The notes under the pieces are model-generated. The model saw nothing but the letters and a program-made list of their open reading frames with translations. It did not search any database and had not been told where the DNA came from. The translations under genes were made by a program, and so were the position numbers. A stretch of DNA of 64,000 nucleotides from Candidatus Latescibacterota bacterium (GTDB lineage: Bacteria > Latescibacterota > UBA2968): the NCBI GenBank assembly GCA_965222605.1, contig OZ244960.1:2624001-2688000 (forward strand), read 5' to 3'. Numbering within the stretch: position 1 is the stretch's first letter; every line of letters begins with the position of its first letter. Shown here piece by piece: positions 18,448 to 28,852 of this stretch.

Positions 18448-18782
18448 TCCGCATCCTCCTCTTCTGTACCATCGGAAGCATCTTCAACCTCTTCCTCTTG
18501 AGGAGGAATCTCAGTCTGAAGAATCAGATGCCGCAAAACAGCCTCATCCAAACGACAAACGCGGTCCACACCCGCAACCGCGCCCGGATCAGCCCGAAAA
18601 AGAAAAAAAGTGTAATCGCCCCGTTGCCGCTTCTGAATCTCATAAGCGAGCCTGCGCACGCCCCAGCGGTCAACATTGACCACAGTACCGTGCTCGGCGA
18701 GCAGCGACTCATAGCGTTTGACCGTCTCATCCGCATTCTCCTGCGTATCGACAATCAAAGCCATCTCGTAACCTCGTGACAT
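18444..18782 (-). CDS. rpsF: 30S ribosomal protein S6
   Basis: YE...[12 protein letters not shown]...G.Y...VLRHL. Confidence 0.93.
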   Translation of the reverse strand: MSRGYEMALIVDTQENADETVKRYESLLAEHGTVVNVDRWGVRRLAYEIQKRQRGDYTFFLFRADPGAVAGVDRVCRLDEAVLRHLILQTEIPPQEEEVEDASDGTEEEDAE

Positions 18783-18784
18783 AA

Positions 18785-18835
18785 ACTATCCCCCTGGACA
18801 AGTGGTTCAGAATACCGTGTTCTGAACGGGGTTGT
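18785..18835 (-). promoter_or_regulatory. Candidate S6:S18 autoregulatory leader hairpin
   Basis: CCCC-GTTCAGAACAC-G-GTATTCTGAAC-CA...GGGGG: hairpin with CCR after the stem and CCCC able to pair with the SD, directly upstream of rpsF. Confidence 0.45.
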
Positions 18836-18853
18836 GAAAAAAAGCGTCAGCCG

Positions 18854-20872
18854 TCACGCCAGCAAAGGAGCCAGCATCAGCGCAACCACCGACATTAACT
18901 TAATTAAAATATTCAACGCGGGACCAGACGTATCTTTTAACGGATCGCCAACCGTATCGCCAACCACGGCTGCCTTGTGTGCCTCGGACCCCTTACCGCC
19001 CAAATTGCCCTCCTCAATCAACTTCTTCGCATTGTCCAGCGCACCCCCGCTATTCGCCATCATCAGCGCCAGCAACACCCCCGACACCGTCGCACCCGCC
19101 AGCATACCGCCCAACGCCTCTGCCCCCAGAAAAAAACCGACCAGCACCGGCGTCAAAATAGCCACCAGACCGGGCGCCACCATCTCGCGCAGTGCAGCCA
19201 CAGAACTGATATCGATACAGCGGCGCGTATCCGGCTTGCCCGTCCCCTCCATCAGCCCTGGAATCTCGCGGAACTGGCGACGCACCTCTTCAACCATCTT
19301 AAACGCCGCATTGCCCACACTCGTCATCGTCATCGCCGCCACGCAATAAGGCACGCCAGCGCCCAAAAACAAACCAATCACAACCATGGGTTTAATCAAA
19401 TTAATCGACTCTATCCCCACAGCCGTCGAATACGCGGAAAACAGTGCAAGCGCCGTCAGCGCGGCAGACCCAATCGCAAACCCCTTGCCAATCGCCGCCG
19501 TCGTATTGCCCAGCGAATCCAGCTCATCCGTAATCTCGCGCGTCTTCGGACCCAACTTCGCCATCTCGGAAATACCGCCCGCATTATCCGCAATCGGACC
19601 GTAAGCATCCACAGCCATCGTAACACCCACAGTCGATAACATCCCCACAGCGGCAATGCCAATACCGTATAACCCCGCAAAGTGAAACGACCCGGCAATG
19701 GCAACACAGATCCCCAAAACCGGCAACGTCGTACTCTCCATCCCCACCGCCAACCCCGCGATCATATTCGTTGCCGACCCCGTCTCCGAAGAATGCGCAA
19801 TGCGTCTGACAGGTGCCCCGCCCGTATAGTATTCCGTCATCAGCGCAATAGCAATACCAACGAGACAACCAAAGAGAATCGCCCAAAACACACCGCGAGC
19901 CAAACCGAGATATTCCGCGGCAAAAAAAGATCCTACAAGCATCAAAACAGCGGAAATATACGTGACATAGCGCAGCGCTGCATCCGGGTTTAAAGACTGC
20001 AAAATGCGAATCGACCCCACGCCGATCATCGACGCCAACAAACCGATCATAACCACGACAAGCGGATATTGCATCGCCGCGACCCGCACCAGCGCGGTAT
20101 CGCCTCCCAACGCACTCAACGCCGCGCCACCAGCCATTGCCGCAATCGCAATCGTCGCAATAATAGACCCCACATAAGACTCAAAAATATCCGCACCCAT
20201 CCCGGCCACATCGCCCACATTATCGCCCACATGATCTGCAATAACAGCCGGATTTCTCGGATCGTCCTCCGGTATCCCTGCCTCCACCTTACCCACCAGA
20301 TCCGCACCCACATCCGCCGTCTTCGTATAAATACCGCCCCCAACCCGGGCAAACAGCGCAATAGAACTCGCCCCCATTGCAAAACCATTAATCACAGCCG
20401 CCTGACCGGGATTGCCGTAAAAATAAAAAAGCAAGCCCACGCCAAAAAGCCCCAGACTTGCCACAGCCAGCCCCATCACTGCCCCACCTGAAAACGCGAC
20501 ATTCAACGCCTTATCCCGCCCACTCTGACTGGCGGCATAAGCCGTCCGTACATTTGCCTTCGTCGCCGCCTTCATCCCGATAAAACCCGCGACAAGCGAA
20601 CAAAGTGCGCCGCCAAAAAAAGATATGGCCGTCGGGAAATTAATACCCCAGAACACCAGCGCGAACACCACAACAATAAAAATAGAAAGCACGCTGTATT
20701 CGCGCTTCAAAAAGGTCACGGCGCCATCCTGAATATCCGCTGCGATCTCTCGCATCAGCTCCGTGCCCTCTGATTGTCTGGCAACATAGAGATAAATCAA
20801 ACCAGCGCAAACCAGCCCAACCACGCCCAGCACAGGTGCCAAAATCATAATCATAAAGAACTCCAAACCCAT
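18854..20872 (-). CDS. hppA: Membrane-integral pyrophosphatase, K+-dependent type (probably Na+-translocating)
   Basis: [39 protein letters not shown] (Ala = K+-dependent), [14 protein letters not shown]; exact start uncertain. Confidence 0.95.
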   Translation of the reverse strand: MGLEFFMIMILAPVLGVVGLVCAGLIYLYVARQSEGTELMREIAADIQDGAVTFLKREYSVLSIFIVVVFALVFWGINFPTAISFFGGALCSLVAGFIGMKAATKANVRTAYAASQSGRDKALNVAFSGGAVMGLAVASLGLFGVGLLFYFYGNPGQAAVINGFAMGASSIALFARVGGGIYTKTADVGADLVGKVEAGIPEDDPRNPAVIADHVGDNVGDVAGMGADIFESYVGSIIATIAIAAMAGGAALSALGGDTALVRVAAMQYPLVVVMIGLLASMIGVGSIRILQSLNPDAALRYVTYISAVLMLVGSFFAAEYLGLARGVFWAILFGCLVGIAIALMTEYYTGGAPVRRIAHSSETGSATNMIAGLAVGMESTTLPVLGICVAIAGSFHFAGLYGIGIAAVGMLSTVGVTMAVDAYGPIADNAGGISEMAKLGPKTREITDELDSLGNTTAAIGKGFAIGSAALTALALFSAYSTAVGIESINLIKPMVVIGLFLGAGVPYCVAAMTMTSVGNAAFKMVEEVRRQFREIPGLMEGTGKPDTRRCIDISSVAALREMVAPGLVAILTPVLVGFFLGAEALGGMLAGATVSGVLLALMMANSGGALDNAKKLIEEGNLGGKGSEAHKAAVVGDTVGDPLKDTSGPALNILIKLMSVVALMLAPLLA

Positions 20873-20918
20873 CCACGCCGCAATGACGGGCGAGGCATGC
20901 CTCGCCCCTACGGTTGCT

Positions 20919-20961
20919 TCTCACATTTTGTATCTTTGTGTCTTTGTGTCTTTGTGTGAGA
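20919..20961. repeat. TCTTTGTG tandem octamer bounded by TCTCACA/TGTGAGA inverted ends
   Basis: Read directly between pth and hppA, next to a family A REP. Confidence 0.6.
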
Positions 20962-20966
20962 CCCTC

Positions 20967-21548
20967 TCACTTCTTATTATACTGATTCATTGCCCGTTCA
21001 ATACCTTCTGTTGCCCAACAAAGAGCGCCCTCGACCACTTGCCCAACCGCATCTGTAATCACATCCCGATCTTTGGATGTAAATTCACCCAACACATAAT
21101 CAATCATCCCATCCAACTCGGCGGGTTGCCCAATACCGACGCGCAACCTCGGAAAATCCGCAGCCCCCAACGCGCGCTCAACAGACCGCAAACCATTGTG
21201 CCCGCCGTGACTGCCCGTGCGCCGAAAGCGCAACTGCCCCAAACTTAGATACACATCGTCAACCACCACGAGCACATCTGCCCGTGCAACCTCAAAACAC
21301 CGCGCAATCTCCGCCACACCCAAACCGCTCTTATTCATATAAGTCAGCGGCTTGACCAGCACCAGATCATCTGAAAACTTGCACCACGTACAAAACTCAA
21401 ACGCATGCCACTGTGCATCTTTGCCCAGCGCATCAACCACCCAAAATCCCACATTGTGGCGCGTATGTGCATAGCGCGCGCCCGGATTGCCCAGCCCCAC
21501 AACCGCCTTTACACCGTACGGGCGAGGCATGCCTCGCCCCCTACTCAT
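20967..21548 (-). CDS. pth: Peptidyl-tRNA hydrolase (start at ATG 21548 or ATG 21530, both translating REP sequence)
   Basis: VGLGNPG..Y..TRHNVGF, KPLTYMNKSG, GSHGGHNGLRS, RLRVGIG. Confidence 0.93.
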   Translation of the reverse strand: MSRGRGMPRPYGVKAVVGLGNPGARYAHTRHNVGFWVVDALGKDAQWHAFEFCTWCKFSDDLVLVKPLTYMNKSGLGVAEIARCFEVARADVLVVVDDVYLSLGQLRFRRTGSHGGHNGLRSVERALGAADFPRLRVGIGQPAELDGMIDYVLGEFTSKDRDVITDAVGQVVEGALCWATEGIERAMNQYNKK

Positions 21549-22233
21549 CGCCTTCTTCGTCATCGCTGCTGCGCCTGCCACCGCGCTCAATAAGCTCTGG
21601 CTCTTGCATTTCTTCGCCTTCTTCGCCTTCTTCGCCCAATTCGTCTTCTTCTTCCTCTTCTTCTTCGACAATAAGCGCGGGCGCAGCCACCGCAAACACC
21701 GTGCGGTCGTCATCCGTCACAATGGTCATCTCATCGCCACTCAGGACAATATCCGAAACGTGCAGCGAATCGCCAATCTCCAAATCCGACACATTAATTG
21801 CAACATTATCGGGTATATCTACAGGCAGGCACTCAACCTCAAGCTCGTGCAACATCTGTTCCAGAATCCCCTCGCCAATCCGCACCCCAACGGCAGACCC
21901 CGTAGCGTGAATAGGCACTTCAACCACAATTTTGCGCGTCAAATCAATGCGGTGAAAATCAACATGCAAAATCTCACCGAGCACGGGATGATACTGAATA
22001 TCCTTAATAATAGTACTCTGGCTCGTATCGCCCGCACTCAGCGAAATAATCGCGTTGCGGCCGTGCGCCTTCAACAAATCGGACAACGTGCGATAATCCA
22101 CGGAACAGGCAACAGACGCGGCATTCTCGCCATAAACAACCGCGGGCAATTGACCGCGATAGCGCAACCGCTTGGCAAATTTTTTTCCGGCTTCCGTGCG
22201 AACATCTACATTGAGAGAAACTTGATCGGACAT
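21541..22233 (-). CDS. rplY: 50S ribosomal protein L25/Ctc
   Basis: LPAVVYG, IKDIQYHPV..ILHVDF, C-terminal Ctc domain and acidic tail; GGAG RBS. Confidence 0.93.
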   Translation of the reverse strand: MSDQVSLNVDVRTEAGKKFAKRLRYRGQLPAVVYGENAASVACSVDYRTLSDLLKAHGRNAIISLSAGDTSQSTIIKDIQYHPVLGEILHVDFHRIDLTRKIVVEVPIHATGSAVGVRIGEGILEQMLHELEVECLPVDIPDNVAINVSDLEIGDSLHVSDIVLSGDEMTIVTDDDRTVFAVAAPALIVEEEEEEEDELGEEGEEGEEMQEPELIERGGRRSSDDEEGDE

Positions 22234-22235
22234 AT

Positions 22236-23099
22236 TTATTCTCCAACGGGACAACACAAAAAAGCCCGAAACTGTTCGGCCTTAAACCGTGCCCAAACAG
22301 CCTCGGCAACATCTCGAGACTCAAAAACACCGTAAAGCGTGGAACCACTGCCAGACATCGACGCAACTATCGCGCCGGCATCTGTCAATCGCGACAAAAT
22401 ATCGCGCGTTTCCGGATACGACTGCACAATGAGAGGCAAAAAATCATTCTCAATACGCCCCCAAAAATCCGAAACGGACAAATCTTTTACAGAATTGATG
22501 AAATTATCATATTCACCATGCCCTGTCAAGGTCTTTTTGTAATTTGCAAAAGCCCAGCCCGTATGCACCTGAAACCCCGGACAAACCAACACATAAACCA
22601 CATCCGCAGACCACGGCACATACCGCACAGACTCCCCCCGCCCCGAAACAACTGCCGTACCCTTTTGCCGCACAAAAAACGGCACATCAGACCCCAAAGT
22701 CGCGCCTATCTCGCGCAATTCTCGACTTGAAAGACCCGCTTCCCACGCGCGATTCAAAACCCGCAACACAGCCGCCGCATCTGAACTCCCACCCCCCAAA
22801 CCCGCCGCCATTGGAATCCGCTTCTCCAGCACAACCTCAACGCCCCGCGCCATCCCCGTATAAGACCGAAATGCCGAAATCGCCTTATACACCAGATTCT
22901 CTGGACCCACGGGCAAATCCGCATCGTCGCACGACAAAATAATCTGCCCCTGCCCGGCGTGTTTGAAAACGAGGCGATCGCACAGATCCACAGTCTGAAA
23001 AACCGATAAAATATCGTGAAACCCATCGCCGCGCCGCCCGAGAATCTTCAGCCCTAAATTGAGCTTTGCATATGCGTACTCGACAATATCCAAAAGCAA
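22236..23099 (-). CDS. ispE: 4-diphosphocytidyl-2-C-methyl-D-erythritol kinase
   Basis: AKLNLGL, KRIPMAAGLGGGSSDAA, LGSDVPFF, MSGSGST. Confidence 0.95.
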   Translation of the reverse strand: MLLDIVEYAYAKLNLGLKILGRRGDGFHDILSVFQTVDLCDRLVFKHAGQGQIILSCDDADLPVGPENLVYKAISAFRSYTGMARGVEVVLEKRIPMAAGLGGGSSDAAAVLRVLNRAWEAGLSSRELREIGATLGSDVPFFVRQKGTAVVSGRGESVRYVPWSADVVYVLVCPGFQVHTGWAFANYKKTLTGHGEYDNFINSVKDLSVSDFWGRIENDFLPLIVQSYPETRDILSRLTDAGAIVASMSGSGSTLYGVFESRDVAEAVWARFKAEQFRAFLCCPVGE

Positions 23100-23195
23100 C
23101 CACCGTCTGAATCAGGATTTACAGGATGAAAGGATGGACAGGATAAAAGACAAAGGCAAAATCAAAGGCAAAAGGCAACCACGGATAAACACAGA

Positions 23196-23224
23196 TTGAC
23201 GCCTTTTGCAAAATGTGATACATT
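23196..23224 (+). promoter_or_regulatory. Sigma70 promoter (extended -10) for TPR operon
   Basis: TTGACG-17 bp-TACATT with TG dinucleotide before the -10. Confidence 0.55.
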
Positions 23225-23247
23225 CGAGAAACAACGACCCACATCGC

Positions 23248-23273
23248 GGGCGACCACAGGGGGTCGCCCCTAC
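23248..23273 (-). repeat. GTAG-type REP variant GGGCGACCACAGGGGGTCGCCCCTAC
   Basis: GGGCGACC/GGTCGCCC stem with CTAC foot. Confidence 0.75.
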
Positions 23274-23298
23274 AACAAATTTTCAATAACGGTCCTAA

Positions 23299-26200
23299 AT
23301 GATCCTTCTCAAAAACACATTAATTTTCATCGTCCTCTTCGGAACATCATCCCTCTGCGCGCAGGGGACCCAGGATGAAAATTCGCATTTTGAACTCGCA
23401 AAGCGAATCTACAACGACGGCCTCTATGCCGATGCCGCGCGGGAATATAAGCAATTCATCATCAACTTCCCCACCAGCAAGCGACTGCCCGATGCCACGC
23501 TGCGCGTTGGGCAAGCCCATGCCAGAGCCGAACAATACGACCTCGCACTCGAAGCCTTTCAGCAATTCATCGACCGCTACGCCACCCACATCGAAGTCGC
23601 CAGTGCAATGCGCGCACGCGCCAATGCACTCAGCCAACTTGGGGAACACACCCGAGCCGGCGCGGCCTATCGCGATGTACACGCGGCCTATCCCGCCTCG
23701 ACAAACGCGCCCCAGGACCTCTTATCAGCCGGCGAGAACTACCACAAAGGCGGTGCCTTATCAGAAGCTGGCGCGGCCTTTCGCCAACTCGCCGCACAAT
23801 ATCCCAAATCGCCACTAATCAATGAAGCCACCTTCAACCTGGGCCGCGTCTTACTCGAAGAATCGCGCGCCGAAGAAGCCCTCGCGCAATTCCGCACCCT
23901 CGCCGAACACCCCGGTTCAGCAAAGCGCAAACCCGACGCCCTCCTCGAAATGGGCAACATCGCCCTATCGCGCGACAACCTCCCTGAAGCAGAACGCATC
24001 TTTGCAAACCTGCGCGCCAGATATCCCGCAACACCTGCCGCCCAGAACTCGCACCTCATCCTGGGCGCGTGGCACGCCGGCAAAAACGACTGGGCACGCG
24101 CTGAAAAAACCTATAACAACGCCCTTGCAACAATCCCGAACAACACCCGTCTCCAGCAAGCCATGTTGGGAAGTGCAAATGCAAAACGCAAACTCGGCAA
24201 AAGCGAAAGTGCGCTACAACGCTACGCCTCATTTCTAAGAGCCTATCCCAAAAGCCCCTTCCACGCCCACGCCCTGCTGGGCTATGGCCGCACATTTGCA
24301 GACCTGAAAAATTATCGCAATGCACTGGACGCATTCAAAAACCTGCAGGAAAAATATCCAGACACAGACATCAGCATCCAGGCTTATGGCGACATCGGAA
24401 ACTTATGGCGCGCGCTTGGAACGCACCAAAAAGCACTGTCAGCGTATCAAACATACCTCACGCGCATACAATCCCCCAGCGAAAAAGCCAATGCACGGCT
24501 GCACATCGCGCAACTCTGTGAAGACCTGCACTGGTATGACCTCGCAGCCGAAAATTATCGCACCCTGATCAACAGCCCAATCGCACACTACGCAGCCGAA
24601 GGTCAATACGGATTCGCCCGCGTATTTGAAAAAACCGGAGACCCCGCACTCGCACTGCGAGAATACCGCACCTACATCAAAAACCACGCCGACGCCTCGC
24701 ACGCCGAAACAGCAGAAAGGCGCATCCAACTCCTCACCGAATTTGGCACCGCAACCGACCGCGACCGCACATGGCTCGAACTCCTCGCCAACTTGCCCGG
24801 CATCGCCGACGATGCACACACGCAATTTATACTCGGCAAAACCCTCTACAATCAAAAACACTACAACCGCGCAATCACCCACCTCGAAGCCGCGCTCGCA
24901 TGGCATACGTACGGGCGAGGCATGCCTCGCCCCTACACGCCCACATCGGCTAACGATGACACATCCACCAACATGCCTCGCCCCTACACACCCGCAAGTA
25001 CGGGCGAAAAATCTTTCGCCCCAACATCCAGCGACACACTCGCACTTGCCGCCGAAGCCGCACGCGCAGCCGAAGCCGCACTCGCGGCATTATCCACATC
25101 TAATGACACACCATCTAATGACGACACACCTGCTCCGCCACCCAACGGGCGGGCACAGGGGGATATGCGGGACGGCACGGGGACCGTCCCCTACACATCT
25201 GAAGACACACCATCGGATGAGTACGGGCGAGGCATGCCTCGCCCCAACGACACGCTCGCCTCAGCACCCAACGACGCCCCCCCCTGGGCATCTGAAGCCT
25301 ATTATCTCCTCGGCAACAGCTACTTAAAACAGGCGCGCAGAGCCACCCTCGAAAACAAATCCCCAGACAAATGGCAAAACAAAGGCATCGCAACACTCAA
25401 AATACTCGTCAAAATATTCCCCGACAACGACCATGCGGAAAACGCCGCACTCGCCGTCATACACACAGAAACAGCCCACATACAACCCGACACCCTCCGC
25501 GCACAAACGCGTCTGAGCGCCTATCGCGCATATCAAAAAACACATCCCAACAGCCCCGATTTGCTCCTGCGAATCGCCGACGCCCACTTCTCCAACACCC
25601 ACATCGACAGCGCCCTCAGCCTGTATCTCCAGATCGAAAAAAAAGCCAGCGACCCCACACGCAAAGAAAAAACCGCCTATCGCATCGGCTTGTGTCAGGC
25701 CCGGCAACAACAACACATACGCGCCGAAGAAACCCTGAAAAACTTCCTCTTCAACTATCCGCAGAGCAACCTATTACCGCACGCGCAATTTCAACTGGGC
25801 CGCATACTCCTCGACCGGGAATTTTACGCCAGCGCCGCCGAAGCATTCTCCGAACTCCTCTCCGCATCCCCAACGCTCGCACTCCAGCGATCTGCCCGCT
25901 CGCTATTGGCCGAAAGCTACCATCGCCTGAGGAACTATCAACGCGCCATAGAAATAGACGAAAGCCTGATCACCCACAACACCACCCCCCAATTATTGCG
26001 CCGCCTCGCCAAATCCTATTCTCAAAACAACCAGCACAACAAAGCCATCACAACTTATGACATGTACCTCCGCAAATATCCACAAGCACCCGACGCCGAC
26101 AGCATCGCCTTCACACGCGCCGAACACCTGACATCGCGCAACCGCACATCAGAAGCCCTCACCGCCTTCCGCGAATTCTCCCAAAAATACCCCAACAGCC

Positions 26201-27264
26201 CGCTCGGTACACAGGCGGATCAATCTGTGGGCGACCTCCTCTTTCAAACGGAAAAATACGCCCAGGCCATCGCCGCGTACCAGCGCATACCAGAACCCGC
26301 GCGCAACGAAACCATGGCCGCCCGCGAAGTCTTGAGCCTCTACCGCCTCCGGCGCATCAGCGAAGCCAACAAAGCCGCGGGCCAATTCAAAAAAACCTAT
26401 AAAACAGCAACCGAATGGCTCGCCCGCTTCGAAGTCGAAAAAGGCAAATATCAACTCGCCGTCAAAAATCCCAAAAAAGCGCGACAAATCTTTGAAGACA
26501 TCTCAAAAAAATACGCCGCCACCGAAGCAGCGGCCGACGCGCGTTATTACATCATCCGCGCCTATCGCGACGAAGGACCCGACAAAGACGGCAACAACGA
26601 CCCCTATATCAACGCACTCACCGCATTCATAAAAAATTATCCCGACAGCCCGCACTGGGCAAACGCCAACATCGAACTCGCCGAATTTTGGGAACGCAAC
26701 GAAGAATACAACCTATCTGCACGCGCATATCGCAACGCCATTGAAAAAGGCGTCTCCCAATCCGAAAAACCCCGCATCCTTCAAAAACTCGCAAAAAATT
26801 ACGGCAACCTCAACGCCTACGACCTCGCCATCAACTTTGCGCGCCAACTCATCCGCGAATTTCCCCAGGACCCCCTTGCCCTGGGAGCCAGCATCGACAT
26901 CGGCACCATCTACCTGCCCAACAAAGGCGCCCACGCGCAAGCCATCGCAGAACTTCGGCCCCTGCTCAAAATCGTGACCGAGGAAAGTAAAAAAGCCAAT
27001 ATCCAATACGCCATCGCAGAAAATTATTTTAAAATGGCCGACTATACCAACGCACTCCGAGAATTTTTGATCCTGCGCTACAACCAGAAAGCGGGGCCCA
27101 TGTGGATCGTATCCGCACAAATGAAAGTAGCAGATTGCTATGCGGCACAGGGCAAGACTGAACAAGCCATACACGAACTCCAGGCAATCAAACGCAGCCA
27201 CGGCGCCGCCAGCAACTACGGCGTGGGCGCGGAGAAACGCATTCGGGAAATAAAAAAGAAATAA
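23299..27264 (+). CDS. Long periplasmic TPR protein (CpoB/BamD-like repeats) with internal REP-derived insertion
   Basis: Signal peptide; many A...F..F...YP.S...A TPR_6-like repeats; non-TPR insert at ~24901-25285. Confidence 0.88.
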   Translation: MILLKNTLIFIVLFGTSSLCAQGTQDENSHFELAKRIYNDGLYADAAREYKQFIINFPTSKRLPDATLRVGQAHARAEQYDLALEAFQQFIDRYATHIEVASAMRARANALSQLGEHTRAGAAYRDVHAAYPASTNAPQDLLSAGENYHKGGALSEAGAAFRQLAAQYPKSPLINEATFNLGRVLLEESRAEEALAQFRTLAEHPGSAKRKPDALLEMGNIALSRDNLPEAERIFANLRARYPATPAAQNSHLILGAWHAGKNDWARAEKTYNNALATIPNNTRLQQAMLGSANAKRKLGKSESALQRYASFLRAYPKSPFHAHALLGYGRTFADLKNYRNALDAFKNLQEKYPDTDISIQAYGDIGNLWRALGTHQKALSAYQTYLTRIQSPSEKANARLHIAQLCEDLHWYDLAAENYRTLINSPIAHYAAEGQYGFARVFEKTGDPALALREYRTYIKNHADASHAETAERRIQLLTEFGTATDRDRTWLELLANLPGIADDAHTQFILGKTLYNQKHYNRAITHLEAALAWHTYGRGMPRPYTPTSANDDTSTNMPRPYTPASTGEKSFAPTSSDTLALAAEAARAAEAALAALSTSNDTPSNDDTPAPPPNGRAQGDMRDGTGTVPYTSEDTPSDEYGRGMPRPNDTLASAPNDAPPWASEAYYLLGNSYLKQARRATLENKSPDKWQNKGIATLKILVKIFPDNDHAENAALAVIHTETAHIQPDTLRAQTRLSAYRAYQKTHPNSPDLLLRIADAHFSNTHIDSALSLYLQIEKKASDPTRKEKTAYRIGLCQARQQQHIRAEETLKNFLFNYPQSNLLPHAQFQLGRILLDREFYASAAEAFSELLSASPTLALQRSARSLLAESYHRLRNYQRAIEIDESLITHNTTPQLLRRLAKSYSQNNQHNKAITTYDMYLRKYPQAPDADSIAFTRAEHLTSRNRTSEALTAFREFSQKYPNSPLGTQADQSVGDLLFQTEKYAQAIAAYQRIPEPARNETMAAREVLSLYRLRRISEANKAAGQFKKTYKTATEWLARFEVEKGKYQLAVKNPKKARQIFEDISKKYAATEAAADARYYIIRAYRDEGPDKDGNNDPYINALTAFIKNYPDSPHWANANIELAEFWERNEEYNLSARAYRNAIEKGVSQSEKPRILQKLAKNYGNLNAYDLAINFARQLIREFPQDPLALGASIDIGTIYLPNKGAHAQAIAELRPLLKIVTEESKKANIQYAIAENYFKMADYTNALREFLILRYNQKAGPMWIVSAQMKVADCYAAQGKTEQAIHELQAIKRSHGAASNYGVGAEKRIREIKKK
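24901..25250 (+). repeat. In-frame cluster of six REP/half-REP units from four families inside the TPR gene
   Basis: Family A 24913, 24972 (half), 25225; GGGCGAAAAATCTTTCGCCCCAAC 25002-25025; GGGCGGGCACAGGGG 25147; family B 25169. Confidence 0.88.
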
Positions 27265-27268
27265 CAAC

Positions 27269-28780
27269 ATGTCCGACCAAAAAGAAGCCCTCATCATCGT
27301 AGATCAGCCCACCGCACTGGGCCGCGACCTGCGCGCCGAACTCGAAGAACTCGGCTGGCAAACCCTCGTGACCAACAGCGTGCGCCCCGCCAGAAAACTG
27401 CTCTCTGAAAACCAGTTTGACCTGCTCATCCTGGACGAAACCATATTGCCCGAAGTGCAACTCGCCGACATATTATCTGAGCGGTCTGAAACACTCCCCG
27501 TCTTCGTAATCACCACGCAAGACGGCTCACAACTCCAAACAGCACCCTCATTAGACCCCGATGCCCTGCTCTCCTATCCACTCATCCCCGCAGAATTGCA
27601 GGACGCCCTGCGTCAAAAACGCACCCGGCCCGACACCACCATCCTGGGACGCTCAAACGCCATGCAACAAATCCGGGAAAGCGTAGCCCAAATCGCGCCC
27701 ACCCCCGTCAGCGTACTCATCACAGGCGAAAGCGGCTCCGGAAAAAACCTCATCGCCGAAGCCCTCCACCGGCAAAGCGCGCGCAGCGACGAACCATTTC
27801 TCATCATCAACTGCGGCGCAATACCCGAAACCCTCCTCGAAAGCGAACTCTTCGGCCACGAAAAAGGCGCGTTTACCGACGCACGCACACAGCGATCTGG
27901 CATCTTTGAAGCCGCCAACCGCGGCACCGTCTTCCTCGATGAAATCGGCGAAATGTCGCTCTCTGCACAGGTGCGCTTATTGCGCGTTCTCGACGCCAAA
28001 GAAGTCACCCGCCTGGGCAACACCGCCCCAATAGCCGTTGACGTCCGCGTCATAGCCGCCACCAATCGCGACCTGCAACAAGCCGTTGCCTTTCGGCAAG
28101 ACCTCTACCAGCGCCTTCGCGTCATCGAAATCGAAATACCCCCACTGCGCGCCCATCCCCAGGACATCCCCCTCATCGCACAAAACATCATCCAAAAACA
28201 AAGCGACGACCTCCGCATGCCCCCCATTGAATTCGCGCCCGACGCGATGAACGCACTACAACAGTATTACTGGCCCGGCAATGTGCGGGAACTCATCAAC
28301 CTCATCGAACGCCTCATGGTCTTATCCAAAACCCGACAAATATCCGCCCTGGACCTCGCACAATACCTCGACACATCTCCCGTGACAGAACCATCTTATC
28401 TGCCCGTCCTCGCGGGTAAAACACCCGCAGAATCCGATCGCGATTTGCTCTATTGGGCAATACTCGAAGTCGCCAAAGACATCAAAGAACTCAAAGCCTA
28501 TCTGATGCAAAGCTGGCAAACATCGCCCCCGCCATCTCTTCCCGTCCCCATCTATGACACACCCATAGAAGACACGGAAATAGGATACACAGAAACAGAA
28601 GTAGAGGCAGGTTTCAAACCTGCCTCTACCGAAAAAGACATACGCCCACTGCGAGACCTCGAACGCGAAGCCATCGCCAATGCCCTGCGCATAACCGGCG
28701 GACACCGCGAACGCACCGCAAAACTCCTCGGCATGGCCGTACGCACCCTCTATCGGAAGATTGATCAATACGATTTGTAA
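27269..28780 (+). CDS. Sigma54-interaction (NtrC/Fis-type) AAA+ transcriptional regulator with degenerate receiver domain
   Basis: GESGSGK, ESELFGHEKGAFTDA, LDEIGEM, WPGNVREL, C-terminal HTH. Confidence 0.9.
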   Translation: MSDQKEALIIVDQPTALGRDLRAELEELGWQTLVTNSVRPARKLLSENQFDLLILDETILPEVQLADILSERSETLPVFVITTQDGSQLQTAPSLDPDALLSYPLIPAELQDALRQKRTRPDTTILGRSNAMQQIRESVAQIAPTPVSVLITGESGSGKNLIAEALHRQSARSDEPFLIINCGAIPETLLESELFGHEKGAFTDARTQRSGIFEAANRGTVFLDEIGEMSLSAQVRLLRVLDAKEVTRLGNTAPIAVDVRVIAATNRDLQQAVAFRQDLYQRLRVIEIEIPPLRAHPQDIPLIAQNIIQKQSDDLRMPPIEFAPDAMNALQQYYWPGNVRELINLIERLMVLSKTRQISALDLAQYLDTSPVTEPSYLPVLAGKTPAESDRDLLYWAILEVAKDIKELKAYLMQSWQTSPPPSLPVPIYDTPIEDTEIGYTETEVEAGFKPASTEKDIRPLRDLEREAIANALRITGGHRERTAKLLGMAVRTLYRKIDQYDL

Positions 28781-28784
28781 TGAC

Positions 28785-28852
28785 GGGCGGGCACGGGGAC
28801 CCGCCCCTACATCTGACTGTGTACGCGTAGGGGACGGCCCCTGTGCCGTCCC
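28785..28852. repeat. Inverted REP doublet (family C GGGCGGGCACGGGGACCCGCCCCTAC + inverted family B), REPIN/BIME-like
   Basis: ...CCCCTAC-16 bp-GTAGGGGACGGCCCCTGTGCCGTCCC; family C also at 33750-33776. Confidence 0.8.

Noticed and set aside
21549-21713. Lys-rich N-terminal extension of Pth in the ORF track
   Set aside because: It is the alternative frame of the Glu-rich rplY tail
22234-23298. tRNA gene near ispE
   Set aside because: No cloverleaf or TTC-containing T-arm found; the intergenic space is occupied by repeats and promoters
24901-25250. Repeat-spacer cluster as a CRISPR array
   Set aside because: Repeats belong to different families, spacers are related to each other and the region lies in an open reading frame
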